A DNA stretch of 64,000 bases from an uncultured Pelagibacteraceae bacterium (GTDB lineage: Bacteria; Pseudomonadota; Alphaproteobacteria; Pelagibacterales; Pelagibacteraceae), in assembly GCA_902524535.1 (NCBI GenBank), contig CABZDR010000004.1, positions 11,902 through 75,901 of the forward strand. Reading direction: 5' to 3'. Below are positions 49,716-60,492 of this stretch, piece by piece. How positions within the stretch are numbered: the stretch's first letter is position 1; each line of letters starts with the position of its first letter. Below the pieces are notes generated by a model. The model made no database searches, had not been told where the DNA came from, and saw nothing but the letters and a program-made list of their open reading frames with translations. A program made the position numbers and the translations under genes.

Positions 49716-50200
49716 TGAAAATATCTAGATTTTTTAAAACAATATTGATGATTGATTTTATCAGCGGATTGTTAATTGCAATAAAAGAACTTTTTAAATC
49801 AAAAAAAACAATTAATTATCCGTTTGAAAAAGGAAAAATTAGTCCGAGATTTAGAGGTGAGCACGCATTAAGAAGATATCCTAATGGTGAGGAGAGATGT
49901 ATAGCTTGCAAATTATGTGAAGCCGTTTGTCCTGCTCAAGCAATTACAATTGAATCTTCACAAAGATCTGACGGAAGTAGAAAAACTACTCGTTATGATA
50001 TTGACATGATGAAATGTATCTATTGTGGTTTGTGTGAAGAGTCTTGTCCAGTAGATGCGATAGTTCAAGGACCAAATTTCGAATTTTCTACTGAAACACG
50101 TGAAGAGCTTTATTACACAAAAGAAAAACTCCTAGATAATGGAGATAGATGGGAAAATATTTTAGCTGCAAATATCAAATCAGATAACCCATACAGATAG
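49715..50200 (+). CDS. nuoI: NADH-quinone oxidoreductase subunit I
   Basis: [27 protein letters not shown]. Confidence 0.98.
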   Translation: MKISRFFKTILMIDFISGLLIAIKELFKSKKTINYPFEKGKISPRFRGEHALRRYPNGEERCIACKLCEAVCPAQAITIESSQRSDGSRKTTRYDIDMMKCIYCGLCEESCPVDAIVQGPNFEFSTETREELYYTKEKLLDNGDRWENILAANIKSDNPYR

Positions 50201-50203
50201 TTT

Positions 50204-50836
50204 ATGATTGCACATGCAATATTTTTTTATATTTTTTCTATTATTGCAGTCATTTCAGCTATTATGGTAACGGTTTCAAAAAATACTGTGCACTCAGTTT
50301 TTTTTTTAATACTTGATTTTATAAGTATTTCTTGTCTTTTCATAATGATAGGTGCAGAGTTTTTAGGGATGATAATGCTAATCGTTTATGTCGGCGCAGT
50401 AGCAGTTTTATTCTTATTTGTTGTGATGATGTTAAATGTTGCTCAGCAAAAAAATCAATGGTTCATCTCAAAAGAAAGCTCTGGTCATATACCCGTAGGT
50501 TTAATAATAAGTGTAATCATATTTTTTGAATTAATAATTGTTATTGGTGGGTGGAAATATAAACCTGAATTACTTAATCCAACAAACTTATTAATCACAA
50601 AAGAGGTAAGTAACACTCATTCTTTAGGACTAATACTTTACACTGACTACATTCATGTTTTTCAAATAAGTGGAATGATCCTTTTAATAGCTATGATTGG
50701 TGCCATAGTTCTTACTTTCCGACAAAGAGAAGGTGTTAAGAAACAAAGTTATTTGAAACAAATTTCAAGAGAGAGAACGGAAGGTGTTGAAGTTCTTGAA
50801 GTTGCTTCAAATAAAGGAGTTAAAATAGATGATTGA
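50204..50836 (+). CDS. nuoJ: NADH-quinone oxidoreductase subunit J
   Basis: [25 protein letters not shown]. Confidence 0.96.
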   Translation: MIAHAIFFYIFSIIAVISAIMVTVSKNTVHSVFFLILDFISISCLFIMIGAEFLGMIMLIVYVGAVAVLFLFVVMMLNVAQQKNQWFISKESSGHIPVGLIISVIIFFELIIVIGGWKYKPELLNPTNLLITKEVSNTHSLGLILYTDYIHVFQISGMILLIAMIGAIVLTFRQREGVKKQSYLKQISRERTEGVEVLEVASNKGVKIDD

Positions 50837-51140
50837 AATAGGTTTAGGACACTATTTAACTCTTGGAGCAGTTATTTTTAGTATTGGAGTAATTGGAATT
50901 TTTTTAAACAGAAAAAATATTATTGTAATATTGATGAGTATAGAGCTTATATTATTAGCAGTTAATATAAATTTAGTATCTTTCTCAATATATTTAGGAG
51001 ATTTATCTGGCCAGGTATTCACATTATTTATATTAACTGTTGCTGCAGCTGAGGCGGCCATTGGTTTGGCAATTATAGTAGTTTATTTTAGAAATTCTGG
51101 AACTATTCGAGTTGAGGAAATAGACAAGTTAAAAGGATAA
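50829..51140 (+). CDS. nuoK: NADH-quinone oxidoreductase subunit K
   Basis: [20 protein letters not shown]. Confidence 0.97.
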   Translation: MIEIGLGHYLTLGAVIFSIGVIGIFLNRKNIIVILMSIELILLAVNINLVSFSIYLGDLSGQVFTLFILTVAAAEAAIGLAIIVVYFRNSGTIRVEEIDKLKG

Positions 51141-51141
51141 A

Positions 51142-53055
51142 ATGGAAATTTCAATAATAGCATTACCATTGATAGCCTCAATTATTTCCGGATTTTTCGG
51201 TAAATTTATCGGAGATAGAAATTCAGAAATTATCACTAGCTTGTTGGTATCAATATCTGCTATTTTTTCATCTTTAGTCTTGTATGAGGTCATTGTAAAT
51301 CAATATCAGGAAAATATAATTATTGCGACTTGGATAAACTCTGGGTCTCTCGAGGTAAATTGGTCAATGATGATCGACCCGTTATCTTCTGTGATGTTAG
51401 TTGTAGTTACATCAGTCTCAGCATTAGTCCACATCTATTCAATCGGGTACATGTCTCATGATCCACATAAACCTAGATTTATGGCCTACTTATCTTTATT
51501 CACTTTTGCAATGTTGATGTTAGTTACATCAGATAATTTTATCCAATTATTTTTTGGTTGGGAAGGCGTTGGTCTTTGCTCTTATTTTTTAATAGGTTTC
51601 TGGTTTAAAAAAGATTCAGCTAATAAAGCTGCAATCAAAGCATTTGTAGTTAATAGAGTAGGTGATTTTGGATTTGCACTTGGTATCTTTCTAATTTTTT
51701 ATCTTTTTGGAACAGTAAATTATTCTGAGGTTTTTAGCCAAATTTCAAACATTGAAGATAGAAACTTATTATTTTTAGGTATTAAACTTAATGCAATTGA
51801 TTTGATTTGCTTACTTTTATTTATTGGTGCAATGGGTAAATCCGCACAAATTTTACTTCATACTTGGTTGCCTGACGCTATGGAGGGTCCAACACCAGTT
51901 TCAGCTCTAATTCATGCTGCCACAATGGTTACAGCCGGAGTTTTTCTAGTTGTAAGGTGTTCACCAATTTACGAATATTCTGAATTAGCGTTAAATATTA
52001 TAACGGTTGTTGGAATGAGTACTGCATTCTTTGCTGCATCAGTGGCCTTGGTACAAAATGATATCAAAAAAATTATTGCGTATTCTACTTGTAGCCAATT
52101 AGGTTACATGTTTTTTGCTACTGGCGTAGGTGCATATAATGTTGCTATGTTTCATTTATTTACTCACGCATTCTTTAAAGCTCTTTTATTTTTGGGATCT
52201 GGTTCAGTTATTCATGCTTTTAAAGACGAACAAAATATTAATTATATGGGCGGAGTTTGGAAAAAACTTCCATACACTTATTCACTGATGCTAATAGGAA
52301 CTTTGGCTTTGACTGGGTTTCCATTTTTGTCTGGTTTTTATTCTAAAGATGCAATAATAGAATTTGCTTATTTAAGAGGAAATACAACTGGTTATTATGC
52401 TGCTGGTATTGGAATTTTTACAGCTTTTCTTACATCAGTTTATTCTTGGAGATTAATTTTCAAAACTTTTCATGGTGAATATAATAATAAAGATATAAAG
52501 ATAGATGAGACACATGAGTCTCCTATCGTGATGTTGATACCTTTGGTTTTGCTATCATTTGGTGCTTTATTTGCAGGTTTTTTATTTAAAGATCTATTTA
52601 TTGGTTATGAGGGTTTGAATAATTTTTGGCGAGAATCAATATTTTTTTTAAAACCATTAAGTACCGATCACCCTCCATTATGGTTTCTATTACTTACTCC
52701 AACTTTAGTCATTTTATCTATTCCATTGGCTTACTATTTATTTATAAAAAATAAGAATTTGCCTACGGAAATTGCCAATATTAATAAACCGCTTTACCAT
52801 TTTTTATTAAATAAATGGTACTTTGATGAACTATATGATGTCTTATTTGTTAACCCATCTAAAAAGCTTGGTTTATTTTTATGGAAGTTTTTTGATTTAA
52901 AAATCATTGATGGGTTTGGCCCAGATGGAATCTCTTCAATGATTAAAAAATTCTCTGTGAAAGCTAACAAATTTCAAAGTGGATATATATATCAATATGC
53001 TTTTGTGATGTTGATTGGTTTTTCTGCATTATTAACTTTTCTAATCATAAAATAA
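51142..53055 (+). CDS. nuoL: NADH-quinone oxidoreductase subunit L
   Basis: GWEGVGLCSY, GKSAQ..LHTWLPDAMEGPTPVSALIHAATMV. Confidence 0.98.
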   Translation: MEISIIALPLIASIISGFFGKFIGDRNSEIITSLLVSISAIFSSLVLYEVIVNQYQENIIIATWINSGSLEVNWSMMIDPLSSVMLVVVTSVSALVHIYSIGYMSHDPHKPRFMAYLSLFTFAMLMLVTSDNFIQLFFGWEGVGLCSYFLIGFWFKKDSANKAAIKAFVVNRVGDFGFALGIFLIFYLFGTVNYSEVFSQISNIEDRNLLFLGIKLNAIDLICLLLFIGAMGKSAQILLHTWLPDAMEGPTPVSALIHAATMVTAGVFLVVRCSPIYEYSELALNIITVVGMSTAFFAASVALVQNDIKKIIAYSTCSQLGYMFFATGVGAYNVAMFHLFTHAFFKALLFLGSGSVIHAFKDEQNINYMGGVWKKLPYTYSLMLIGTLALTGFPFLSGFYSKDAIIEFAYLRGNTTGYYAAGIGIFTAFLTSVYSWRLIFKTFHGEYNNKDIKIDETHESPIVMLIPLVLLSFGALFAGFLFKDLFIGYEGLNNFWRESIFFLKPLSTDHPPLWFLLLTPTLVILSIPLAYYLFIKNKNLPTEIANINKPLYHFLLNKWYFDELYDVLFVNPSKKLGLFLWKFFDLKIIDGFGPDGISSMIKKFSVKANKFQSGYIYQYAFVMLIGFSALLTFLIIK

Positions 53056-54539
53056 TGAACTTTCCTATAGTTTCTTCTTTAATTTTATTACCATCAATCG
53101 GAGCTTTGTTTTTATTTTTTACTAGAGGTAATAAAAAAAATAATTTTACTATTAAGTATGTTGCTTTATTTGCTTCAGCAGCAAATTTCCTTTTATCAAT
53201 TTATTTGTGGATATTATTTGATCCAACAACTTCAGAATTTCAATTTGTTGAGGAAAGAATTTGGATTAAAGATTTTATAAATTATAAAGTAGGTGTTGAT
53301 GGTATTTCAATTTTGTTTATTTTATTAACAACATTTATTACACCGCTTTGCATTATATCCGTGAACAACTCAATTAAGGAGAGACTAAGTGAATTTTTGA
53401 TAGCTGTTCTTATCATGGAGTCTTTTATGATTGGTGTATTTTGCTCCTTGGATCTTGTTATTTTTTACTTGTTTTTTGAAGCAGGTTTAATTCCAATGTT
53501 CTTAATCATTGGAATATGGGGGGGTGTGAGAAGAGTTTATTCTGCATTTAAATTTTTTTTGTACACTTTGCTTGGCTCAGTATTAATGTTGGTAGCCATA
53601 ATTACAATATATTGGTTAAACGGAACCACAGATGTAATCGATCTTTATAATTCTGGAATAGATGTTAAGTATCAAAATCTTTTATGGTTAGCTTTCTTTA
53701 GCTCTTTTGCTGTCAAAACTCCTATGTGGCCTGTCCATACTTGGTTACCAGATGCTCATGTTGAAGCACCAACTGCTGGATCTGTCTTGTTAGCAGCTAT
53801 ATTATTAAAAATGGCTGGCTATGGTTTCATAAGATTTTCTCTAGGATTATTCCCTGCCGCATCAGAAATTTTTACTCCATTAATTTATACATTAAGTGTA
53901 ATTGCAATTATTTTTACATCTCTCATAGCATTAATGCAGGAAGACATGAAAAAGCTAATCGCTTATTCATCAGTTGCACACATGGGTTATGTTACATTAG
54001 GAATTTTTACAATTCAACAGCAAGGAATTGAGGGAAGTATTATTCAAATGATTAGTCATGGATTAGTTTCTGCAGCACTCTTTCTGTGTGTTGGCGTTGT
54101 TTATGACAGGATGCATTCTAGACTTATAAATACGTATGGTGGGATTGTGAGTATTGTTCCAAAATATTCTATTTTATTTATGTTATTTACTTTAGCAGCC
54201 TTAGGTTTACCAGGTACGAGCGGTTTTGTTGGGGAATTCTTAATTTTAATGGGAGTATTTAAGGATAATTTTTTGGTAGCTGTGATTGCCAGTCTAGGAG
54301 TAATTATTGGTGCCGCATATATGCTTTGGTTATATAAAAGAGTTGTATTTGGTAAACTAGTTAATACTGAATTAAAACAGATGTTTGATTTAAATAGATC
54401 AGAGCTGTTTATTTTGTCTTGTTTGGCTGTGCCAACACTATTTTTTGGATTTTACCCAGATCCTTTAATTAATACAATTGAAGTATCAATCTCAGATTTA
54501 ATTAATCAATATAACTTTAAATTAGCAAGTAAAATATAA
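53055..54539 (+). CDS. nuoM: NADH-quinone oxidoreductase subunit M
   Basis: HTWLPDAHVEAPTAGS, IAYSSVAHMG. Confidence 0.98.
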   Translation: MNFPIVSSLILLPSIGALFLFFTRGNKKNNFTIKYVALFASAANFLLSIYLWILFDPTTSEFQFVEERIWIKDFINYKVGVDGISILFILLTTFITPLCIISVNNSIKERLSEFLIAVLIMESFMIGVFCSLDLVIFYLFFEAGLIPMFLIIGIWGGVRRVYSAFKFFLYTLLGSVLMLVAIITIYWLNGTTDVIDLYNSGIDVKYQNLLWLAFFSSFAVKTPMWPVHTWLPDAHVEAPTAGSVLLAAILLKMAGYGFIRFSLGLFPAASEIFTPLIYTLSVIAIIFTSLIALMQEDMKKLIAYSSVAHMGYVTLGIFTIQQQGIEGSIIQMISHGLVSAALFLCVGVVYDRMHSRLINTYGGIVSIVPKYSILFMLFTLAALGLPGTSGFVGEFLILMGVFKDNFLVAVIASLGVIIGAAYMLWLYKRVVFGKLVNTELKQMFDLNRSELFILSCLAVPTLFFGFYPDPLINTIEVSISDLINQYNFKLASKI

Positions 54540-55957
54540 TGGAAAACATACAGTTAATTTTACCTGAAATATTTCTTTCATTGTCTATAATGTTTTTGTT
54601 AATATTTGGTGTTTTTAAAAAAAATAGCTCAAAATTAGTTCAGAATCTTTCTTTAGCTGTTTTGATTGTCACTGCTGTAATTACATTCAATGAAAATATT
54701 GGTATTAATGAAACAAAATTATTTAACAACAGTATTATAATTGATTATTTATCTTCACTAATGAAGATAATTACTTTGTTGGCTGCCTTTTTAGTTTTGA
54801 TCATATCTTCAAACTATCTCAAAATTTTCCAGATTTTTAAGATTGAATATCCAATTTTAATTTTAAGTTCTGTATTAGGAATGATGGTTATGATAAATTC
54901 TAATGACTTAATTGTATTTTACATGGGGCTAGAACTTCAATCATTGGCTTTATATGTTTTAGCAACATTCAATAGAGATCAAATTAAATCCTCTGAAGCT
55001 GGATTGAAATATTTTGTTTTAAGTGCCTTGTCTTCTGGTTTATTGTTATATGGTTGTTCTTTAATTTATGGATTTACCGGTTCTACTAATTTTGATGTAA
55101 TAGCTACTAAATTAAACTCAGATGTTTATGCTCTGACATTTGGTATCGTGTTTATTTTAGTAGGGTTAGCATTTAAAATATCTGCTGTTCCATTTCATAT
55201 GTGGGCACCTGATGTTTATGAGGGTTCACCAACTTCTGTAACATTATTTTTTACAATGGTTCCAAAAATAGCAGCACTAACAGTGTTTATAAGATTTTTA
55301 TATGTGCCATTTCTAAATTTAATTGATCAGTGGCAAACCATCTTAATCTTTTTATCAATCGCATCAATGCTGTTCGGTGCTATTGCAGCTATAGGACAAA
55401 CAAATTTGAAAAGACTTGTTGCTTATAGTTCTATTGGACATGTTGGTTATGCTTTGGCTGGTGTAGCTGTTGGGACTAATGATGGAATTCAAAGCTCAAT
55501 TATTTATATAACAATATATGTGCTTATGAACTTAGGATTGTTCTCATGTTTGTTAATGCTGAAGAGAGATAATCAGTATTATGAAAAAATAGATGATTTA
55601 TCAGGTTTATCTAAGAATCATCCAATGCTGGCAATATCATTACTTATAGTTTTATTTTCACTGGCCGGAATTCCACCTTTAGCAGGTTTTTTTGCAAAAT
55701 TTTATGTTTTTAAAGCAGTCATTGAACAATCAATGTATTTCCTTGCAATCGTAGGTTTATTATCAACGGTTGTTGCAGCCTTTTATTACTTAAGGTTAAT
55801 TAAAATTATGTATTTTGATAAGGAAAAAGAAAAATACGATACAGACCATGGTTTTTGGTTAAAATTTTCCCTCACTGTGTCCACATTGTTAATCCTGATA
55901 TACTTCATATTTCCAAGTCAACTAATAGAAGTTGTTTCTAGAGTTAACATTATTTAA
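54539..55957 (+). CDS. nuoN: NADH-quinone oxidoreductase subunit N
   Basis: EAGLKYF, FKISAVPFHMWAPDVYEG, SLAGIPPLAGF. Confidence 0.98.
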   Translation: MENIQLILPEIFLSLSIMFLLIFGVFKKNSSKLVQNLSLAVLIVTAVITFNENIGINETKLFNNSIIIDYLSSLMKIITLLAAFLVLIISSNYLKIFQIFKIEYPILILSSVLGMMVMINSNDLIVFYMGLELQSLALYVLATFNRDQIKSSEAGLKYFVLSALSSGLLLYGCSLIYGFTGSTNFDVIATKLNSDVYALTFGIVFILVGLAFKISAVPFHMWAPDVYEGSPTSVTLFFTMVPKIAALTVFIRFLYVPFLNLIDQWQTILIFLSIASMLFGAIAAIGQTNLKRLVAYSSIGHVGYALAGVAVGTNDGIQSSIIYITIYVLMNLGLFSCLLMLKRDNQYYEKIDDLSGLSKNHPMLAISLLIVLFSLAGIPPLAGFFAKFYVFKAVIEQSMYFLAIVGLLSTVVAAFYYLRLIKIMYFDKEKEKYDTDHGFWLKFSLTVSTLLILIYFIFPSQLIEVVSRVNII

Positions 55958-56487
55958 TGAAATTCAAGATTTTAAAATTTAAAAGATTAAGAAGCACGAA
56001 TGATACAGCTTTAAGAATAATTCGAAACTCAAATTTAAAGTATGGAATGATAATTGCTGATAATCAAAGTCATGGACGCGGACAATACGGAAGAAAATGG
56101 GTCTGTTTTAAAGGAAATTTATTTGTAACTTTTTTTTATAATCTTGAGAATTTAAATCTGACTTTACCTCAAATTACCAAATTAAACTGTTTGCTAGTTA
56201 AAAAAATGATTTCTAAATATTATAAAAAAAAAATTATTCATAAAAAACCTAATGATTTATTGATCGAAGGAAAAAAAATTGGTGGAATTTTACAAGAAAC
56301 CATAAATAAAATTAACGAAAAATTTCTCATAGTTGGTATTGGCTTAAATTTAGTAAAAAATCCTATAATTAGTAACTATCCAACTATAAATTTAAATGAT
56401 TTAATACATAAAAAGGTCTCAAAAAAAAAAATAGAGATTGAATTAAAAAATATTTTTGAAAAAAACTTGAAAAAATTTTTAAAATAG
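55957..56487 (+). CDS. birA: Biotin-protein ligase (catalytic domain only)
   Basis: STND, Q..GRGQYGRKW, KPNDLL...KKIGGIL.E, GIGLN; conserved position after nuoN. Confidence 0.88.
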   Translation: MKFKILKFKRLRSTNDTALRIIRNSNLKYGMIIADNQSHGRGQYGRKWVCFKGNLFVTFFYNLENLNLTLPQITKLNCLLVKKMISKYYKKKIIHKKPNDLLIEGKKIGGILQETINKINEKFLIVGIGLNLVKNPIISNYPTINLNDLIHKKVSKKKIEIELKNIFEKNLKKFLK

Positions 56488-56505
56488 GAGCTTTCAATTA
56501 GTCAA

Positions 56506-57252
56506 ATGTATATTTTTGGTGATATAGGTAATTCAGAAACCAAGTTATTTTTGGTAAATAAAAAAGAAAAAATTCTAAAGAGAATTAATTTACCAACTAA
56601 TTATATTAATAATCGAAATTTAGATAAAAAAATCAAATTCTTAACTAAAAATATTAAAGATATAGAAAAGATATTATTTTGCAGTGTAGTTCCAAAGTCC
56701 TTTATCTTAATAAAAAAATATTTTTCTAAAAGAACAAAAGTTCGTTGCTATGAAATAAAAGATCTAAACTTAAAATCACTTATAAAAATAAGAGTGAATT
56801 TTAGTCAAGTGGGCTCTGATCGTTTAGCTAATGCAATTAGTTTACAAAATAATAGAGATAACTTCATAATATTAGACTTTGGAACTGCTACCACATTTGA
56901 TGTAGTTGTAAAAAAGGATTATAGAGGTGGAATAATAGCTCCTGGTATAAAAATTTCTCTTGATACATTATCAGATAAAGCATCATTGATACCTCGAATT
57001 AATCTAAAAAAAATAAACCACATTGTAGCTAACAATACTAAATCGGCAGTGCAATCTGGTTTTTTTTGGGGTTACTTAGGTCTAATTGACAATATCATTA
57101 ATTTGATTAAGAGAGAGATTGGTTATTCTTTTAAACTTGTGATTACAGGTGGTTATTCAGATTTGTTTAAAGATTCACTGAAAATTAAAGTAATACAAAA
57201 TAAAGATATCACAATAAAAGGGTTAATTAAAATTGCTAAGTTGATTAAATAA
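56506..57252 (+). CDS. coaX: Type III pantothenate kinase
   Basis: DIGNSETK, VGSDR, DFGTATTFD, GGIIAPG, ITGG. Confidence 0.92.
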   Translation: MYIFGDIGNSETKLFLVNKKEKILKRINLPTNYINNRNLDKKIKFLTKNIKDIEKILFCSVVPKSFILIKKYFSKRTKVRCYEIKDLNLKSLIKIRVNFSQVGSDRLANAISLQNNRDNFIILDFGTATTFDVVVKKDYRGGIIAPGIKISLDTLSDKASLIPRINLKKINHIVANNTKSAVQSGFFWGYLGLIDNIINLIKREIGYSFKLVITGGYSDLFKDSLKIKVIQNKDITIKGLIKIAKLIK

Positions 57253-58911
57253 ATGAAACAAGAATTATTATTTTGTCCGTTAGGTGGCGCTGGTGAAATA
57301 GGTGCAAATATGAATTTATACGGATATGGTAATCCAGGTGATCATAAGTGGATTATGGTTGATATAGGTGTTACATTTGCAGACGACACTCTTCCAGGGA
57401 TTGATCTAATTTATCCTGATCCTGGCTTTATAGTTGATAAAAAAGATAGCTTATTAGGCATTGTGGTAACTCACGCTCACGAGGATCATATTGGAGCAAT
57501 TGCTCATCTTTGGCCAATGTTGAAATGTAATATTTACGCGACACCATTTACAGCAGTATTGATACAAGAAAAATTTAGAGAAAAAAATATTGATGTAACT
57601 AATCATTTAAAAATTGTTGAGCTAAATGGAATTATAGATCTCGATCCATTTTTAATAGAGTATGTAGCAATGACTCATTCAATTCTTGAGCCAAACGGAT
57701 TAAGAATTAAAACTCCAGCTGGAGTAGTTTTGCATACAGGGGATTGGAAAATAGATGAAAACCCAATGGTAGGTAAAAATATAGATATTGATAGATTGGA
57801 GCAAATAGGTAAAGAAGGTGTTCTTGCAATGGTTTGTGACTCGACAAATATATTTACAGTTGGAAGGTCAGGTTCAGAGGAAACAGTAAGGAGAAGTCTT
57901 TTAAAAATAATGGAAAGACTTAAAAAAAGAATTGTTATTACATCTTTTGCCTCTAACGTAGCAAGAATGGAGACTATTTTTTATTGTGCAGAAAGAACTG
58001 GAAGACAAATATCATTAGTTGGAAGATCAATGCACAGAATTTTTAAAGCAGCTAGACAATGTGGATACTTAAAAAATATTATCGACCCAATTGATCCTAG
58101 AGAAGCAAAAAACATATCAAGAGAAAAAATTGTTTATTTATGCACCGGAAGTCAAGGCGAACCGATGGGTGCGATGATGAGAATTTCTAATTATACTCAT
58201 CCAGATGTATTCATAGAAAAAGGTGATGCAGTAATTTTTTCATCAAAAATAATACCTGGTAACGAAAAAAAACTGTATAAATTGCACAACCAACTGGTTA
58301 AAGATGGAATGGAGGTAATATCAGAAGAAAATGAGTTTGTTCATGTATCAGGTCATCCTAATCGGGATGAAATGAAAGATATGTATAACTGGATAAAACC
58401 TAAATGCGTAATACCTGTTCATGGCGAACATAGACATTTAATAGAGCACATTAATTTTGCAAAAGAGATGCAAGTTCCACATCCAGTTTTAGTTGAGAAT
58501 GGTGATATTGTAAAAATTTTTCCTGGAGACAAACCTGAAGTTTATGACAAAGCACCTACTGGGAGACTTTATCTTGATGGTAGTATAAATGTACATGAAC
58601 ATTCTCAATCTATAAAAGATAGAAAAAATTTAAGTTCTAATGGTTACCTAGAGGTAACACTTTTAATAAATTCAAAAGGTAACATCCATGATAATCTAAT
58701 TTTATCTTTTCGGGGTTTGCCGATTAATGAAGAAGATGAATTTACCTATGAACTAGAAAGTGAAATAGAAAAAATAACAAAATCATTTAAAATTGGTAGC
58801 AGAAAACAAGAGCATAATCTCATTGACGCACTTAAAATTGCGTGTAGAAAATTTACCAAAGAAAAAATAGGAAAAAAACCTTTTACAAATATTAATTTAG
58901 TAAATATTTAA
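57253..58911 (+). CDS. rnj: Ribonuclease J
   Basis: PLGGAGEIGANM, THAHEDHIG, HTGDWK, TGSQGEP, HVSGH, PVHGE. Confidence 0.96.
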   Translation: MKQELLFCPLGGAGEIGANMNLYGYGNPGDHKWIMVDIGVTFADDTLPGIDLIYPDPGFIVDKKDSLLGIVVTHAHEDHIGAIAHLWPMLKCNIYATPFTAVLIQEKFREKNIDVTNHLKIVELNGIIDLDPFLIEYVAMTHSILEPNGLRIKTPAGVVLHTGDWKIDENPMVGKNIDIDRLEQIGKEGVLAMVCDSTNIFTVGRSGSEETVRRSLLKIMERLKKRIVITSFASNVARMETIFYCAERTGRQISLVGRSMHRIFKAARQCGYLKNIIDPIDPREAKNISREKIVYLCTGSQGEPMGAMMRISNYTHPDVFIEKGDAVIFSSKIIPGNEKKLYKLHNQLVKDGMEVISEENEFVHVSGHPNRDEMKDMYNWIKPKCVIPVHGEHRHLIEHINFAKEMQVPHPVLVENGDIVKIFPGDKPEVYDKAPTGRLYLDGSINVHEHSQSIKDRKNLSSNGYLEVTLLINSKGNIHDNLILSFRGLPINEEDEFTYELESEIEKITKSFKIGSRKQEHNLIDALKIACRKFTKEKIGKKPFTNINLVNI

Positions 58912-59156
58912 TGAGCATCACAGGACTCGCTATAATTTATATAATTATATGGTGGGTTGTTTTTTTTGCGATTTTACCAATTGATGTTGAGAGACAGAAA
59001 TCAATTAAAATAGATGGAGAAGATCCTGGATCGCCAGAGAATCCGAAAATGTTAAAAAAATTCATTTATTGCACTGGAATAACAACAATTTTATTCACAG
59101 TTATATATCTATTAATGAAATTTGAATATTTAAATTTAAGAAATATACTCAACTAA
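58911..59156 (+). CDS. DUF1467 family membrane protein
   Basis: IYIIIWW..FF..LP, G.DPGSP.NP; conserved position before proS. Confidence 0.8.
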   Translation: MSITGLAIIYIIIWWVVFFAILPIDVERQKSIKIDGEDPGSPENPKMLKKFIYCTGITTILFTVIYLLMKFEYLNLRNILN

Positions 59157-59157
59157 C

Positions 59158-60492
59158 ATGCATATTTCTAAATCTTTTATACCTATTCTAAAAAACAATC
59201 CTTCTGAAGCAAAAATTAAATCACATCAATTAATGTTGAGAGTTGGAATGATAAAACAGTCCTCAGCAGGAATTTATTCTTGGTTACCATTGGGATTAAG
59301 AGTAATGAAAAAAATTGAACAAATAGTTAGAGAAGAACAAAACAAAATTGGTGCTCAAGAAATTTTAATGCCAACTATACAATCAAGTGAAATATGGAAA
59401 GAAAGTGGGCGTTATGAGGATTATGGTGAGGAAATGTTAAGAATTAAAGATCGTCAAAATAGAGAAATGCTTTACGGACCAACTAATGAAGAGCTTGTAA
59501 CAGACATATTTAGAAGTTCAGTAAAATCTTATAAGTCTCTTCCTCAACTTCTATATCATATACAATGGAAGTTTCGAGATGAAATTAGACCTAGATTTGG
59601 AATAATGAGATGCAGAGAATTCTTTATGAAAGATGCTTACTCGTTTGATATAAATGATGAAGAAGCTTTGTTTTCATATAATAAATTTTTTTTGTCTTAT
59701 TTAAAAACGTTTCAAAGATTAGATCTTAAAGCCATTCCTATGGCTGCTGATACAGGGCCTATAGGTGGAAATCTTTCACATGAATTTATAATTTTAGCTG
59801 AAACTGGGGAAAGCAAAATTTATACTGACAAAAGAATTTTCGAGGTAGATAATAAAGTGAGTAAATTAGAGAAAAAAACTCTTGAAGATTTAAGAAATAG
59901 ATTCGAAAAATTTTATTCTGTCACTGATGAAAAATTTGATAAAGCCGAATTTGAAACAAAGGTGGTCGAGGAAAATCGATTAATAACAAAGGGTATTGAA
60001 GTTGGCCATATTTTTTATTTTGGTGATAAATATTCCAAACCAATGGATGCTTCTGTTGATTTACCAGGAGGAAGAAAAGATTTTGTAAAAATGGGCTCTT
60101 ATGGTATCGGAGTTTCAAGACTTGTTGGAGCTATAATAGAGGCAAATTACGATGAAAGAAAAGAGATCATGAAATGGCCAATATCTGTTGCTCCATTTGA
60201 TATTTCAATAATTCCTATGATAAATAAAAATGAAAAATTGGCTTTGAAAAAAGCTAATGAAATTGATTTAGAATTAGCAAAAAATAATATTGAAACTTTA
60301 ATTGATGATACAGATGAAAATTTTTCATCTAAAATAAAAAAGATGAATTTGATAGGTGCCCCATATCAAATCATAATTGGTAAACAATCTGAAGATGATC
60401 TCATTGAATTTAAGAAAATAGGAGAAGTTTCAAAAAAACTTAAATTAAGTGAAATTATTAATATTATAAAAAAAGAAAAAGAGAAAAATTGA
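59158..60492 (+). CDS. proS: Proline-tRNA ligase (short alphaproteobacterial form)
   Basis: SHQLMLR.GMI, GPTNEE, KFRDEIRPRFG, GIEVGHIF, MGSYGIGVSR. Confidence 0.97.
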   Translation: MHISKSFIPILKNNPSEAKIKSHQLMLRVGMIKQSSAGIYSWLPLGLRVMKKIEQIVREEQNKIGAQEILMPTIQSSEIWKESGRYEDYGEEMLRIKDRQNREMLYGPTNEELVTDIFRSSVKSYKSLPQLLYHIQWKFRDEIRPRFGIMRCREFFMKDAYSFDINDEEALFSYNKFFLSYLKTFQRLDLKAIPMAADTGPIGGNLSHEFIILAETGESKIYTDKRIFEVDNKVSKLEKKTLEDLRNRFEKFYSVTDEKFDKAEFETKVVEENRLITKGIEVGHIFYFGDKYSKPMDASVDLPGGRKDFVKMGSYGIGVSRLVGAIIEANYDERKEIMKWPISVAPFDISIIPMINKNEKLALKKANEIDLELAKNNIETLIDDTDENFSSKIKKMNLIGAPYQIIIGKQSEDDLIEFKKIGEVSKKLKLSEIINIIKKEKEKN

